The position numbers were made by a program, and so were the translations under genes. A DNA stretch of 64,000 nt from assembly GCF_001194135.2 (NCBI RefSeq), contig NC_068983.1:78489043-78553042 (forward strand), given 5' to 3'. Shown piece by piece: positions 37,895-49,627 of the stretch. The notes under the pieces are model-generated. The model worked only from the letters and a program-made list of their open reading frames with translations, made no database searches and had not been told where the DNA came from. The stretch is from Octopus bimaculoides (Eukaryota). Each line of letters opens with the position of its first letter. Position 1 is the stretch's first letter.

Positions 37895-39100
37895 ATTATT
37901 TTCCGTCATTTCATTGTATTCTAAAGGCTGAAACACTTGTAACATACATTTTTTTTTTTTAATTCTTAACTCCTCCTCTCCTTTTATTGTACAGATCACG
38001 ATTCAGTTGAATTTTTTCTGTTATTTTTCGTGTTTTCTTTCATTTTTTTTTTTTACACTTTTGTCAAATTGTGAATTCTTTTTTCCATTTTCTCCACTAC
38101 ACAAATAGTTAAGAAACCATATTTACTACGTGTTTTTAACTTTTTTCACTCTAAAATTGCATAATTTTGCCAGTTTGTATAGAAAAATAATTCTTTAAAA
38201 CAAAGATTGATTGAAGAGCAAAAGAAGAATTTTTTAAGACTTTCTTGATTCCAGTATTTGCGTTAAAGGTAAACTTGAAAGACTTTTTCCCACTGAGATG
38301 TTTCAACTCAGGGACAAGAAAGTAATGACATCCCTCCCACAAGGAAAGAAATATTCACTTAGAAAATGTATAAACACAAAGAAATAGAAATCGACATTAT
38401 TGCCAACACGTTAAATTTAACAAAGCATTTTTGTGTTTCCCACACAAGTCAACAATCCTGGATTAATTATTCTTCACTTCAAGCAACTAAGACACTAGCA
38501 ATTAGCTGCTACACGTCAGTCCAAGGTATCTTTTATCTTTTACTTATTTCAGTCATTAGACTGGCTATGATTGGGCACCACTTTGAAGAATTTTAGCTGA
38601 ACAAATCAACCCCAGTACTTATTTTTTTAATGTCAGGTACTTCTATAGGTCTCTCTAGCCAAATATCTTTAACTGAAGCAACATATAATGGGACAAAAAA
38701 ATGTCTTGCTCTCTCCTCTTCCTCATAGCAACAGGTGGTTGCGGCATTATTTCTAACAAAAATGTTTTGTCTTGTCATTGAGATAAAGAAATGGTATGTA
38801 AAATTAAATTTGATGGTAATTATGTCAACGCAAACACTGGTAAAATCAAGTAAGTCTTAATTCAATCTTTGTTTTTAATTCCTTTAATTGTTGTAGCGAA
38901 AAGGAATTTTTTTTACAAAATGGCAAAAGTGTGAAGAAAAAGTAAACGAAAGTAAGGGAAAATAAAAGCAAAAAATATTATTTTAATCGTGAAATGTATG
39001 ATGAAGTGGAAGGGGTAGCATTTTTTCTAAATGCACATTACAAGTGTTTCAGCATGTGGAATACAATAAAATGAAGAAAAATATCAGAAAAGTAAAACAA
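37895..39100. repeat. Degenerate inverted repeat (~200-250-bp arms, 37895-38110 and 38885-39095)
   Basis: CATTGTATTC..GCTGAAACACTTGTAA vs TTACAAGTGTTTCAGC..GAATACAAT; ACACTTTTG vs CAAAAGTGT. Confidence 0.65.
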
Positions 39101-39224
39101 AAATTCTTTAAGTTGTGACTGCTGTTTCAGGGGCAGAATGAGAGGTAAAACTGTTGAAAACAGGTTAAAAGACAGTTTTTTGAATCTTCCTTCCATTGTT
39201 TTGAAATGTTGAATTCAAATTTTT

Positions 39225-39425
39225 ACCACAAGGCCAGCAAATTCGGGATGGGAGGACAGTCGATTACATCGACTCCAGTACTCAACTGGTACTTATTTTA
39301 TCGAATCTGAAGGCTTAAAGACAAATTCGACCTTGGTGGTATTTGAACTCAGAATGTAAAGATGGACGAAATGCTGTGAAGCATTTTGCCTGGCACACTA
39401 ACGGTCCTTGCCAGCTAGCCGTCTT
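39225..39425 (-). mobile_element. SINE family B
   Basis: Reverse family B motifs with CpGs retained. Confidence 0.82.
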
Positions 39426-39499
39426 AGTTTTTTTGAAATGTTAGATACTGAAAAATTTTGAAAAGTCTCCATAAAATTAAGAAATTCCGACTTATGACC

Positions 39500-40380
39500 A
39501 CCAATCTTCGATGTTTGGTATATGTAGTTAATTGTAAACTGTAGGTTTCTGAATATTCTTTGACTCCTATTGTATCGTGATTCTTATTTTGAATGTTTTT
39601 TCCTTGTCTTTTCCTTCATATGTTTATCCACCCAGGGTATTTGATATTATGAGTTGATGTTTATTTTCCATATTTTGTCAAGTCTTTTTTCCGTGGGAAT
39701 GCTGCATTTTAGAAATGTAGGTTTTCAGTTTGTGTTTGAAGTCGTTACTGCGTATCTTTTGGGGTATTTCGAAGACTGGCATCTTTTTATGGTTTTCATG
39801 AGATATTTTCATGTCTTTATTTGATTTATCTGCCTTTTTCCTTTGTTGTGTTTTCATTATGGATTTTTTGACATAGATTTCCTCGCAGTTATTAAACTAC
39901 TTTTAGTGCATCTCTTATATTTTCATGGATTTTTACCCCTCTTTTCGTTTGGTATCTTCTTTCCATAACTGTTGCAGTTTTTCTTGATTTTGACTGTCAC
40001 TTGGTTCTAAAATTTCAGCAAACATAACTGAGTCTATTGTTTAAAACTTTTCTTCCTATCATACTTTTCACGATTTAAGAGGTATTTCTGTGTCTAGATA
40101 GTATAACGCTAAATTTGCACGTATCACTGTCTCTTTTCAGTTTTTATCTTTTATTTCTCTAATGAGACATTTTCTGGTTAGAATTGGATTTTCACTGTTT
40201 CGTCAACTTTGTTAGATATGGCAATGTTATCACATCGATTGCTTTTCCAATATGCACGTTTCCTTCATCCTGGAGTTTTTTTCCAGTGTTGTGATATGAT
40301 TAATATTTGTTTTTATGTTTCTATTTACATCTTGTTAATTTTCCTCTTAGCTCGAAGGGTCTTTTGTTTGTATTCGTTGG
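39500..40380 (-). mobile_element. Penelope-like element, decayed C-terminal/GIY-YIG region
   Basis: Frameshifted ITLPYL.. and YQI.(CPGCG)..YEGK..KTFKIRIT pattern, like the GIY-YIG Y.I.C..C...YIG.T.R....R..EH; strong strand-specific A skew. Confidence 0.5.
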
Positions 40381-40399
40381 TTGTTATCTTTAGAAAACA

Positions 40400-41400
40400 T
40401 TTTAAAGAGAAATCCTAGTACATTCATTTCATTTACAACTTTATGTTTATTTGAAAATATTGTATCTCAAATCCATATGCCATTGATCCCCAACTGCAGA
40501 CAAGATGACATAGATTTCCCAAAACATATCCCAACGACTGTCCCAGAAGTAAGTATTCTAATGAGCTTTGACATTAGTAACCTCTTCACTAACATTCTAC
40601 ACACTTTAAGCATAGAAGTAATCGGCTACTGGGTTGATAAACAGAGAAATGATAAATTAACAATTCAAAACAGATTTATTACCAATGATATACACTTAAT
40701 ACTGGAAAAAACACCATCAACTTTAACATAAAATGAATAGACACATAAAGGGAACAGCTATGGTTACAAGAGTAGCACCCTTATAAGCTTGGAGGGTGAT
40801 GGGTTACCGAGAAGAAAAAAGAATTATTGAAAAGTGAGAATGCTTCCTTAGTGACTGCTTTATTTGTGGGGACAAATCAAATGAAGAATTTCAAACATTT
40901 TATATTCTGAACACCTTTCATCCATCTATTAAATTCACAGGAGAAAGCATACAGACCTACTGTTTTTAGACAGCCACATAGAAGTATGATATATTTTACA
41001 AAAAAAAAATAAATAAATAATAATAAAATAAAACTAGGAAATTGGATCCAATATAAATTCAAAAACTGATAATTGTTTCCAAATAAATGCAAACATGAAC
41101 TGCAAAACAAGAAATCTATTACATTGCATAACCTGTCACACCTGTAAAGACTTCACATCGGTTACATCGGAAGCTTCCCTTGCGAATGAGGAAGAACACA
41201 TAAGCAGAAGACAAGTCAACAAGGATTACAGAGAACCTCATTGAGCATACAAACTCAAGATTTCCCCATTCTATAAATACCCAAGAGAGGCTTCAAAATA
41301 TCAGAAAGAAATGGGAAAATGATTTATCAAAACAGTTGCACTAAAATTAGATGCATAAAATCTCTTTATAGACACATGGAAAATTTTATTAAAGAATAAC
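40400..41400 (+). mobile_element. Penelope-like retroelement, decayed RT plus GIY-YIG endonuclease
   Basis: RQDDIDF.KHIP..ILMSFDISNLFTNI; GTAMVTRVAP; LNTFHPSIKFT; NLLHCITCHTCK..GYIG. Confidence 0.85.
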
Positions 41401-41990
41401 TTTTCGAGATACACCATATCAAGTTCCGACTAGATGTTAATGATGATCTCATTGCTGTTACAAAAACGAATGCTGAAAAAATACTTAAACAATCAACACA
41501 CAACTGTGTGTTAAAACAAATGCATACACATACAAATGTATATAGAACCCTCTAATGACTTGCATTGATTAAAACCAGCAATTTATTGAAATTGATAAAC
41601 AGCTAAACTTTACTGGACTAATCTGTCATCAAAACAAACATCCCATCCCAGAAATCTTTTCGGCTTACAATTCTTTATATATAGTGTAATTAATAAACAG
41701 GTTGCCCTTTTGGACAAAGAAATCATCCAAATCTCTAAAAAGTAACCCTATGTGAAAGTCACTTGTCCCTTGTTTAAATATTCACCAAATACACACACAC
41801 ACGCGCACACACACACACACACACACGCACGCACTTTTGTAGATTAAAAACAACAAAATATGGTAGGCCTAACTTCTTAAGAGACCACTCCTAAAACCCA
41901 TTAATTCTTTGTGCAATGCTCCAGATTCAAATTCATTAAGAATATTCAAATGTCTGTCATTTTTCAACAAACAGATGACATCACTCCTGC

Positions 41991-42029
<39 letters not shown>

Positions 42030-42541
42030 AATTTTCAATTTCTATTTAAAAAATCCATGAGAAATAAAAGCAGTAAAAGAGTATAAATAATAAAAAAATA
42101 TTCTGTCAGCTTCTAGTTACTTTCTTGTTTTATTCTTTTATCAATATATAAAATCTGTACACCACTACAAACAGTCTATACATATGTGGATGGGCATACA
42201 GATACACACACATATATATATATGCTTCAATTTAATATATTCCTAAAGTTACAATGAAATGCAAGCAATTTGTTTCCTTCACTATCTCAGTCATTCACCC
42301 AGCTCAGCTTATAAAGGTTTCAATCCACAGAGCATATAATAGTTTCAAACTACATCAATCTGCCAAGATTCAATTTGAGTGCATGCAAATTTTATGAGTG
42401 CCTCCCCTCCATTTCTTACTAAACAATAATAATAACAACAACAACAATAATAATAATGATAAAAGGATTTTTTTTTTCTTATGAATCAATTGATGTTAAT
42501 AGATTTGCTTAAGAACACAAAAGCTACTTTGGAAAATGCAC

Positions 42542-42594
42542 CCATAACAGGCCATGAACATGCTGTCTGGTACGTCAGCCCATTTTTCAGTTAG
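42542..42594 (-). CDS. Candidate exon (LTEKWADVPDSMFMACY-G)
   Basis: Acceptor TTTTATTTGTCATTGTTTGCAG, phase-0 start, open frame, donor GG|GTGCAT (moderate); in phase with both neighbouring candidates. Confidence 0.45.
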
Positions 42595-44629
42595 CTGCAA
42601 ACAATGACAAATAAAACTTATACATCTTGACTTCTGACAGATAATGGATTTAAGATACATGTATAATCTACATTTTCTGTCATTTTCTCTGATGTCTTTG
42701 AAGCTTTGACCAAAGTATTATTAGAATGAGAAGTAGCCAACCATATTAAGTCTGTAATGCCTGTAATTCTTTCACATCTCTTCTGAATCATCAGCTGTGA
42801 CAATTGGCTGCTAGTAATTCAGAAAAGACATGAAAGTATTAACAATATTAACGATTTGATATACTTGGTTTGATCTCAAACTAATAATCTTATGTATCAG
42901 CGTATACCAGTATATGATGCCTGAAAACAAATATATTTGTCTTCAGATATTCAGGAATTGTTACGTTAACTTCAGTTTGGTGTTCGGTTTTGCTTTAAGA
43001 AAATGGTCATTTATTAAAATTCCTCGTAAACAGACTTCTTAAATTTGAAAGATAAAAACATTTCAAAGGGAGTATTTTTTTTTGTTTTGCTTTTTTTTTT
43101 TCAAGTACAGCAAAAGTACATACATCTGAGTTAATAGTGTGGGTACTGCACAATTTGCCAATAAATTGTCATTTCAGATTGTATCATCAGTAATATGTCT
43201 CTATGACATAGGCACTTAGCTCTCTATGGCTGAGTACACTCGCTTTATGAAGTATCATAGTTAGTTGCTGTTGTTTTGTTGTTGTTGTTTAACCCCAGGC
43301 CATTTGTGATCAAGTAGACCTATAACCAAAAGTGTTTCAACAATGACTGTCATGTTCTTTTGTATATTAGGGATTACATTGTTTATTGATTGCCTTCATT
43401 TTGTGAATGTATTGAGACAGCCTATGTATTTTAATATAATCAAGATTGCTACTATATTTAGTAGGTTGAGTGATGACAAAGGGACTAGTTGGCTAGCTTG
43501 TATCAAAGTTGGTATAACTAACTGCTGTGAGCAACAGTGCAGTGTAATTACTAAGTGGTTTATTAGTTTGTTAGTTTAGAATGCAGGGATTAAATTTTCA
43601 TATGAGAAATTCTTCTTCAGTATTCTAACTATCCTCTGTTTAATGCTGCAGAAATCAAGACTTAATCTCCAGCCAATGAGTTGGCCCTTATGTGGTTACT
43701 TAACTTGCTAGAAATCGCAGCTGAATCTCTTTTCTCACCGACTGGCATGAATCCTTCCCTGTTCCCTGTTATACACCCTTCACCTCACCACCAATTAGTG
43801 CCTATTCTACTACAATGTTGCTTTCTTCTCTACTTGGCAATCACAAAGATAAATCTGTTTATTTCATCTTATTTACCCTTATTCATCCCCTGCCTAGAAT
43901 CATCACTTTCCTGTCTATTCACCCTCAGTTACAGGGACTGAAAGTAGTCCCAATAACCTGTAAGTTATGAAACAATCTTTACAAGTACTGATGCCACAAT
44001 AATAGCACCCTGTATACTCTTTAAAGTGATAAATGTTAGGAAGGGCATCCAACCATAGAAACTATACTAAAGTATGCTTTAGATCATGATACAGAACTGT
44101 AACTCATCAGATTCTCTCATACCCTCAAAACTATGGCAGCATGAAAGGCAGACATCAAATGATAATGAAATGGGAGGAGGTGGAGAATCACAACTTACAG
44201 TCAAATACAAAGACAGTATACTGGTCAATATAGTCCTATATATCATGATATACTCCTGTGGCTCCAGCTTGACCAAGTAGTAAGAAGTTCCCTTCAATCA
44301 TGACAGCACATGTTCAATGCTGCTGCATGCTATATTGAGCAAGAGTCCTTTACCACAGCTTCAAGTCATCTCAAGTGTTGTGAGTAAAACCGAGTGGTTA
44401 AAAACTATGGAAGCCCATCAGATACATTGTACCTGCATTTCAAAGGGACAACCTTGTTACACACAGCATCATGTTGATTCTATTTAAGAATCATATCAAG
44501 TTTAGATGTGTCTGTGGAATATTCAGCGACTTATTTTGTAACTTAATGAATGAATAATTCAATTTATCAAACAGCTGAACACTTGTCACTGAAACCAACA
44601 AAGATCCACTTAGCTATTTTCATTTATAT

Positions 44630-44790
44630 ATGCAGGCATGGTTGTGAGGTATGAAGTTTGCTTTCCAATCACATTATTCTAGGTTTGGTCTTACTGTGTG
44701 TCTACTATAGCCTCAAACTGATCAAAGCCTTGTGACTGGATTTGGTAGATGGAAACTGAAAGAAGCACATTGTGTGTATATATATATATA
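44630..44790 (+). mobile_element. SINE family A 5' half, interrupted at its (TA)n by a mariner
   Basis: TCTACTATAGCC..AAAGCCTTGTGA.TGGATTTGGTAGATGGAAACTGAAAGAAGC, then (TA)n, then the mariner TIR. Confidence 0.75.
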
Positions 44791-44792
44791 TA

Positions 44793-45780
44793 TTGGGTTG
44801 GCAACTAAGTTCCTGCCATTTTTTTAATTTTGGAGTTTACTGCATTTTAAAATTTTGAAATTAATTTTTTTTTTTGAGAATTCTATTTTTGAATCATTTT
44901 GGAATCTTTTTTTTTTTTTTTCTAGTTAATTTTAGTTAATTTTTGTTTATTTTCAGATCATTAAAATGGAATGTCAAGTTAAGAAAAACGAGCGTTTTCC
45001 ACACCTCCTTCTTTTTGCTTTTAATCAAGGTTCTAAGGTCGCAACATTTGTGCTGTGTATGGAGAGGGGACCATGGCTGAAAGAACCACTTGTGATTGGT
45101 ATGCCAAGTTCAAAAATGGAAATTTTTGACCTCAAACACGCACCTCATTCTGGCCGTCCACTTGAGTTTGATGAAGAGCAATTAAACCAACTTTTGCTCA
45201 AAAATTCTCGTCAAACGACAAGGGAACTTGCAGAGAAAATGGAATGTTCCCACACTGCTATAGAGAAGCATCTTTATTCGATGAGAAAGGTTCAGAAATA
45301 TGAAGCATGGGTTCCGCATGCTTTAAGTGACAACAACAAAAATCAATGCACCACAATCTCTACTGGTTTGCTTGCTCATCACCGCTCAACTCATGGACAC
45401 AAGCAACTATTTCTTTACCGAATTGGTACTGGCGACGAAAAATGGTGCCTGTATGATATGAAGCAGAGTAAGGAAGGGCTTAGCCCCAGTAAACAAGTGA
45501 CACAGCCACCATACTCTCCTGATTTGGCACCAATGGATTTCCACCTCTTTCAATCTCTTTCAAATGCTATGTGCGGAGTTTTGTTCAATACTCATGCAGA
45601 ATTGAGAGCTTAGTTGAATCAATTTTTTTAGTTGAAATCCGGTGATTTCTACCAACAAGGTATTGAAAATCTTGTTGAACGTTGGGAAAAAGTTGTAAAC
45701 AACAAGGGTGAATACATTATTGATTAATTAGTTGTTAATTTTTTATTAAACCTTTTAAAAAATTTGAATTTAAAAACACT
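44793..45780 (+). mobile_element. Mariner transposon with internally deleted transposase (ORF 44966-45613)
   Basis: TA+TTGGGTTGGCAACTAAGTTCC left TIR; HSGRP, WVPH, TGDEKW, PPYSPDLAPMDFHLF motifs; C-terminal GIENLVERWEKVV..GEYIID after a stop. Confidence 0.92.
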
Positions 45781-46170
45781 GGAGTGGCTGTGTGGTAAGA
45801 AGCTTGCTTCCCAACCACATGGTTCTGGATTCAGTCCCACTGTTTGGTATCTTGGGCATGTACCTCTTACTATAGCCTCAGGTCTACTAAAGCCTTGTGA
45901 GTAGATTTCTGAATAGATTTGGTTGACAAAAACTGAAAGAAGCCTGTCGTATATNNNNNNNNNNNNNNNNNNNNNNNNNNNNNNNNNNNNNNNNNNNNNN
46001 ATATATATATATATATATATACAAACGTATACACACACATACATATATACCATATATATGGCAGGCTTCTTTCAGTTTCCATCTACCAAATCCACTCACA
46101 AGGTTTTGGTTGGCCGAGGCTATAGTAAAAGGCACTTGCCCAATATGCTACGCAGTGGGACTGAACCCAT
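45781..46170. mobile_element. Two SINE family A heads in inverted orientation across a 46-N gap (45955-46000)
   Basis: + copy 45781-45954, - copy ~46040-46170. Confidence 0.8.
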
Positions 46171-46179
46171 AACCAGTCA

Positions 46180-46480
46180 TCATCATCATTTAACGTCCAC
46201 TTTCCATGCTAGCATGGGTTGGACGATTTGACTGAGGACTGGTGAAACCAGATGGCAACACCAGGCTCCAATCTAAATTTGGCAGAGTTTCTACAGCTGG
46301 ATGCCCTTCCTAACGCCAACCACTCAGAGAGTGTAGTAGGTGCTTTTACGTGTCACCTGCACGAAGGCCAGTCAGGCGATACTGGCAATGGCCACGCTCG
46401 AAATAGTGTCTTTTATGTGCCACCCACACAAGCCAGTCCAGGGGCACTGGCAACGATCTCGCTCGAAAATCCTACGAAGG
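46180..46480 (-). mobile_element. SINE family C, young copy
   Basis: CATCATCAT-TTAACGTCCACTTTCCATGCTAGCATGGG..GGATGCCCTTCCTAACGCCAACCAC. Confidence 0.9.
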
Positions 46481-46747
46481 CCAGTCACATGGATATATAT
46501 ATAATCAAGGGAACTTATGATTTATCAGATACCCTAGAGTTTACCAACAATGTACTCATCAAAGTAATGCAGGATTTGGATCAGCCCCTTAGGCACTAAA
46601 CACTCATAGGGTTGGTTCTCTCTAAGTACACAACTAAAATATCCTATCTGATTCTTCAACTCGCACCAACCATAGGCCTGAACCCTAGAGATTACCGAAC
46701 CTTACCTGCTGCATACCTTTTGAAGTACCTGAGTCTATCTGAATCCT

Positions 46748-46787
<40 letters not shown>

Positions 46788-46799
46788 NNNNNNNNNNAT

Positions 46800-46856
<57 letters not shown>

Positions 46857-46974
46857 ATGTACATGTCTGTGTTTGTTCCTCACACTGCCTGACAGCTAAT
46901 GATGGTGCATTTACATCCCCATAACTTAGGGGTATTGCTAAAGAGACTGAGAGAATAAGTATCATGCTTAAAAA

Positions 46975-47520
46975 CATCATCATCATCATCGTTTAACATC
47001 CACCTTCCAAGCTGTCATGGGTGGAACAGTTTGACAAGAGCCGGCCAGGCATAAGCCTGCACTAGACTTCTGTAACTGTTTTGGCAGAATTTTTACAGCT
47101 GGATGACCCTTCCTAACACCAACCACTCAGCAGAGTGACCTTAGTGCTTTTTACATGGCACAAGCACAGGCAAGGTCAGTTTTGGCAAGGTTTTTATAGT
47201 TGGACTGGGTGCATTTAAGTGGCACCTGCACTGACAGGGTCACCAAGTACTTGCAAGACAAAAAAAAACCCTTTTGAGAGGCGAGGGGGCATTGGAGGAG
47301 ATGATCCTGTGAGGATGATGAAAGGTTATAGTGAGGCAGAGAGACAGAAATTGGTGTCTTGCTGTAGAGCAGGTACAAGGTTACCCAGCCAGAGAAAGAG
47401 ATCAAGAATGAAGACAGAAATAGGCATGCTACCAGAAAGGAAATACATGATTACCCAACCTGAGGAAAGTGCAGGAGAAGGAGAGAGAATGTGGGAGACA
47501 GCAGGATAGAGATGGTGGCA
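46975..47520 (-). mobile_element. SINE family C with long purine-rich body
   Basis: (CAT)n-GTTTAACATCC..GGATGACCCTTCCTAACACCAACCAC followed by the upstream body. Confidence 0.7.
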
Positions 47521-48121
47521 AAGTGCAATGATTCAGTGAGACAGGGCATGGGGGAAACACACAGGTCAGAAGCTAGTGAAGAGTAATGATACAGAGGCAC
47601 AGGGCCAAGAGAATAGGATTGGGGAGTGGGAGGTAAACCTAATGCATGAAGTGGAAATTCATTTGACTAAAATTCTATAAGGTGGTGCTCCAGCATGGCT
47701 GCAGTCTAATGACTAAAATAAGTAAAAGACAAAAGATACCTAGGGTTAAACAATAATAACATTTGTAACTTGAAAACTGTTTAGCTTTTAGCCAACATTC
47801 ATAAACGGTAAGAATCTATAGTGTCATTATATGACTTCGATTTTTTCTATTAGCCATGTGACAGACAAGAAATTACATTAGCTTCTTACTGAAATCTCCA
47901 CTCAAACTTAATTAATCCCTTCTTCTGCTGGATTCTGGAAAGTAGATGAAAATGTTGATCCATTAACTTATCTTAGTCACTTGGTCTTTCTGAAAGTACA
48001 TTCCAGTCATTCTATCTGCTAAACCCTTCTCTGCGTGCAAGACTTAATCATCATTTGTTTTACAGTTTTTTGAATTGTTTCTTTTTTTTTCTCTTCTCAT
48101 AGTTTTGCTTCTTTCATGTAG

Positions 48122-48343
48122 TTAATCCTTTTGTGTTACCATATTTCTGTTGACATATATTACTTTATTTCTATTTGAAAGATGATGAAGAATTTAGTGA
48201 AAAAACCCCATTTTTTTATAGATTTGACGCTAAACAAAATAACATGAAATTTTTATGCAAGGCTTAAGTTTAGACTCTAAACCAAATAGATTGCATCATA
48301 GAACCAGGGTCAGTCTTAGGCAAGTTGGTATCAAAGAGGTTAA
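48122..48343. mobile_element. MITE with TTAA ends
   Basis: Left TTAATCCTTTTG(TG)TTACCA, right TGGTATCAAAGAGGTTAA: imperfect TIRs, ~220 bp. Confidence 0.6.
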
Positions 48344-48989
48344 ATAAGCTAAATTCTAATGCTTTGAATTATTGTAGACAAAAAATTACTTCCAATTGAA
48401 ATCTCTCCCTTATTTTGAGAAAGAAAATGAAATCCTAGTAGTAAGTGGTAACAACTCACATTGAACAAGGGAGATAATTTCAAGTACTCAACTATAAAAT
48501 TAACTTTGATACATAGGACTTAGAAAAAAGAAATACTGATCTTTGTTTACAGGCAAGCTAATGTATGATTTACAGCATGTTGTGTACAAGAATTTCTTAA
48601 CTGAAAATGCTTATTTAGATAGAGAAAGAAAACAAAACTCTAATGGCGACTAAGTTTACTTTGCTGGCTCACGACCCAGCCCTCCAGCTACTGATGAAGG
48701 TATACTTTTCCCAATGAGTGAGAAACTTGAACTCAGCATTTCAAGTTAATCAGCATTGAAATCTCTCAACAATTACACAGCAATGATCTATTTTCCCCTA
48801 CAAGTTGCATGTGCTTTTGGCAAGTTGAATATGGCTATTATACACTATGTTGTATAGAAATGAATACAACATAATGTAAGAAGCACAAGCCAAAGGAAGA
48901 ACTTCTTCATAGTCAATCAAGATGCCAGAAATAGCAGGCAAGGTCTCTCAGTTATCTAAATCAAAATTCAAAATCAGAACATATGTAAT

Positions 48990-49190
48990 TCATCATCGTT
49001 TAACGTCTGCTTTCCATGCTAGCATGGGTTGGACGATTTGACTGAGGACTGGCAAACCAGGTGGCTACACCAGGCTCCAATCTGATTTGGCAGAGTTTCT
49101 ACAGCTGGATGCCCTTCCTAACGCCAACCACTCCGAAAGTGTAGTGGGTGCTTTTACGTGCCACCGGCAGGAAGGCCAGTCAGGTGGTCT
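48990..49190 (-). mobile_element. SINE family C, young copy
   Basis: Near-identical to 46180-46350 and the reverse of 10870-11030. Confidence 0.9.
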
Positions 49191-49579
49191 TCAATTTACC
49201 TCCCTAATAGTTTGCAAATTGGCAGTGCCAGAACATAAAACAAAACGATTTGCAATTTTTACTTAAACTCTCTTCTCTGAGTTCAAATATTGCCAAAGAC
49301 ATCTTTGTCTCTCAACCTTTTGGAGTTAATAAAATGAGGTGCCAGCCTATGGTGATGGAATTAGTAGAATAATTGGAGCCTAGTGGTATTTGTTCTGGTT
49401 TTTGTTGATCTGAATTCTTGGGTAGTAGGCTTCATCTTGTAGCCAGTTAAACACCATTATCTGGCCTTTGAGTGTCTCTTATAAAGTTTACTCTACTGCA
49501 TATTTTGAAATAAAAACGAAACACTATAAATGTACTTAAAAGATTTTTTAAAATTAAAAATAACAGGAGAATCACTCAC

Positions 49580-49627
49580 AGCTGCTATGCCATTGATCAA
49601 GTCTTTGCAATCAGAGTCAAACAGGAT
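49580..49627 (-). CDS. Candidate exon (ILFDSDCKDLINGIAA), best-supported exon in the window
   Basis: Acceptor TCGCTCTTGTTTAG, donor GCT|GTGAGT; only one of the three frames is open; 48 nt, phase 0-0. Confidence 0.55.

Noticed and set aside
42595-42623. 29-nt (and 31-nt at 29516-29546) GT..AG segments as tiny introns joining adjacent open frames
   Set aside because: They are shorter than typical metazoan spliceosomal introns and more simply explained as the acceptor regions of longer introns.
47890-47934. Minus-strand exon candidate IQQKKGLIKFEWRF (good acceptor, GTAAGA donor)
   Set aside because: Its phase 2-2 does not fit between the phase-0 neighbours at 49580 and 42594; left unresolved.
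48553-48653. Plus-strand terminal-exon candidate KLMYDLQHVVYKNFLTENAYLDRERKQNSNGD*
   Set aside because: One acceptor and 33 open codons are expected by chance at this scale; no partner exons were found on the plus strand.
48690-48730. CTGATGA...GAAAC as another hammerhead
   Set aside because: There is no stem II pairing and no NUH/stem III after GAAAC.
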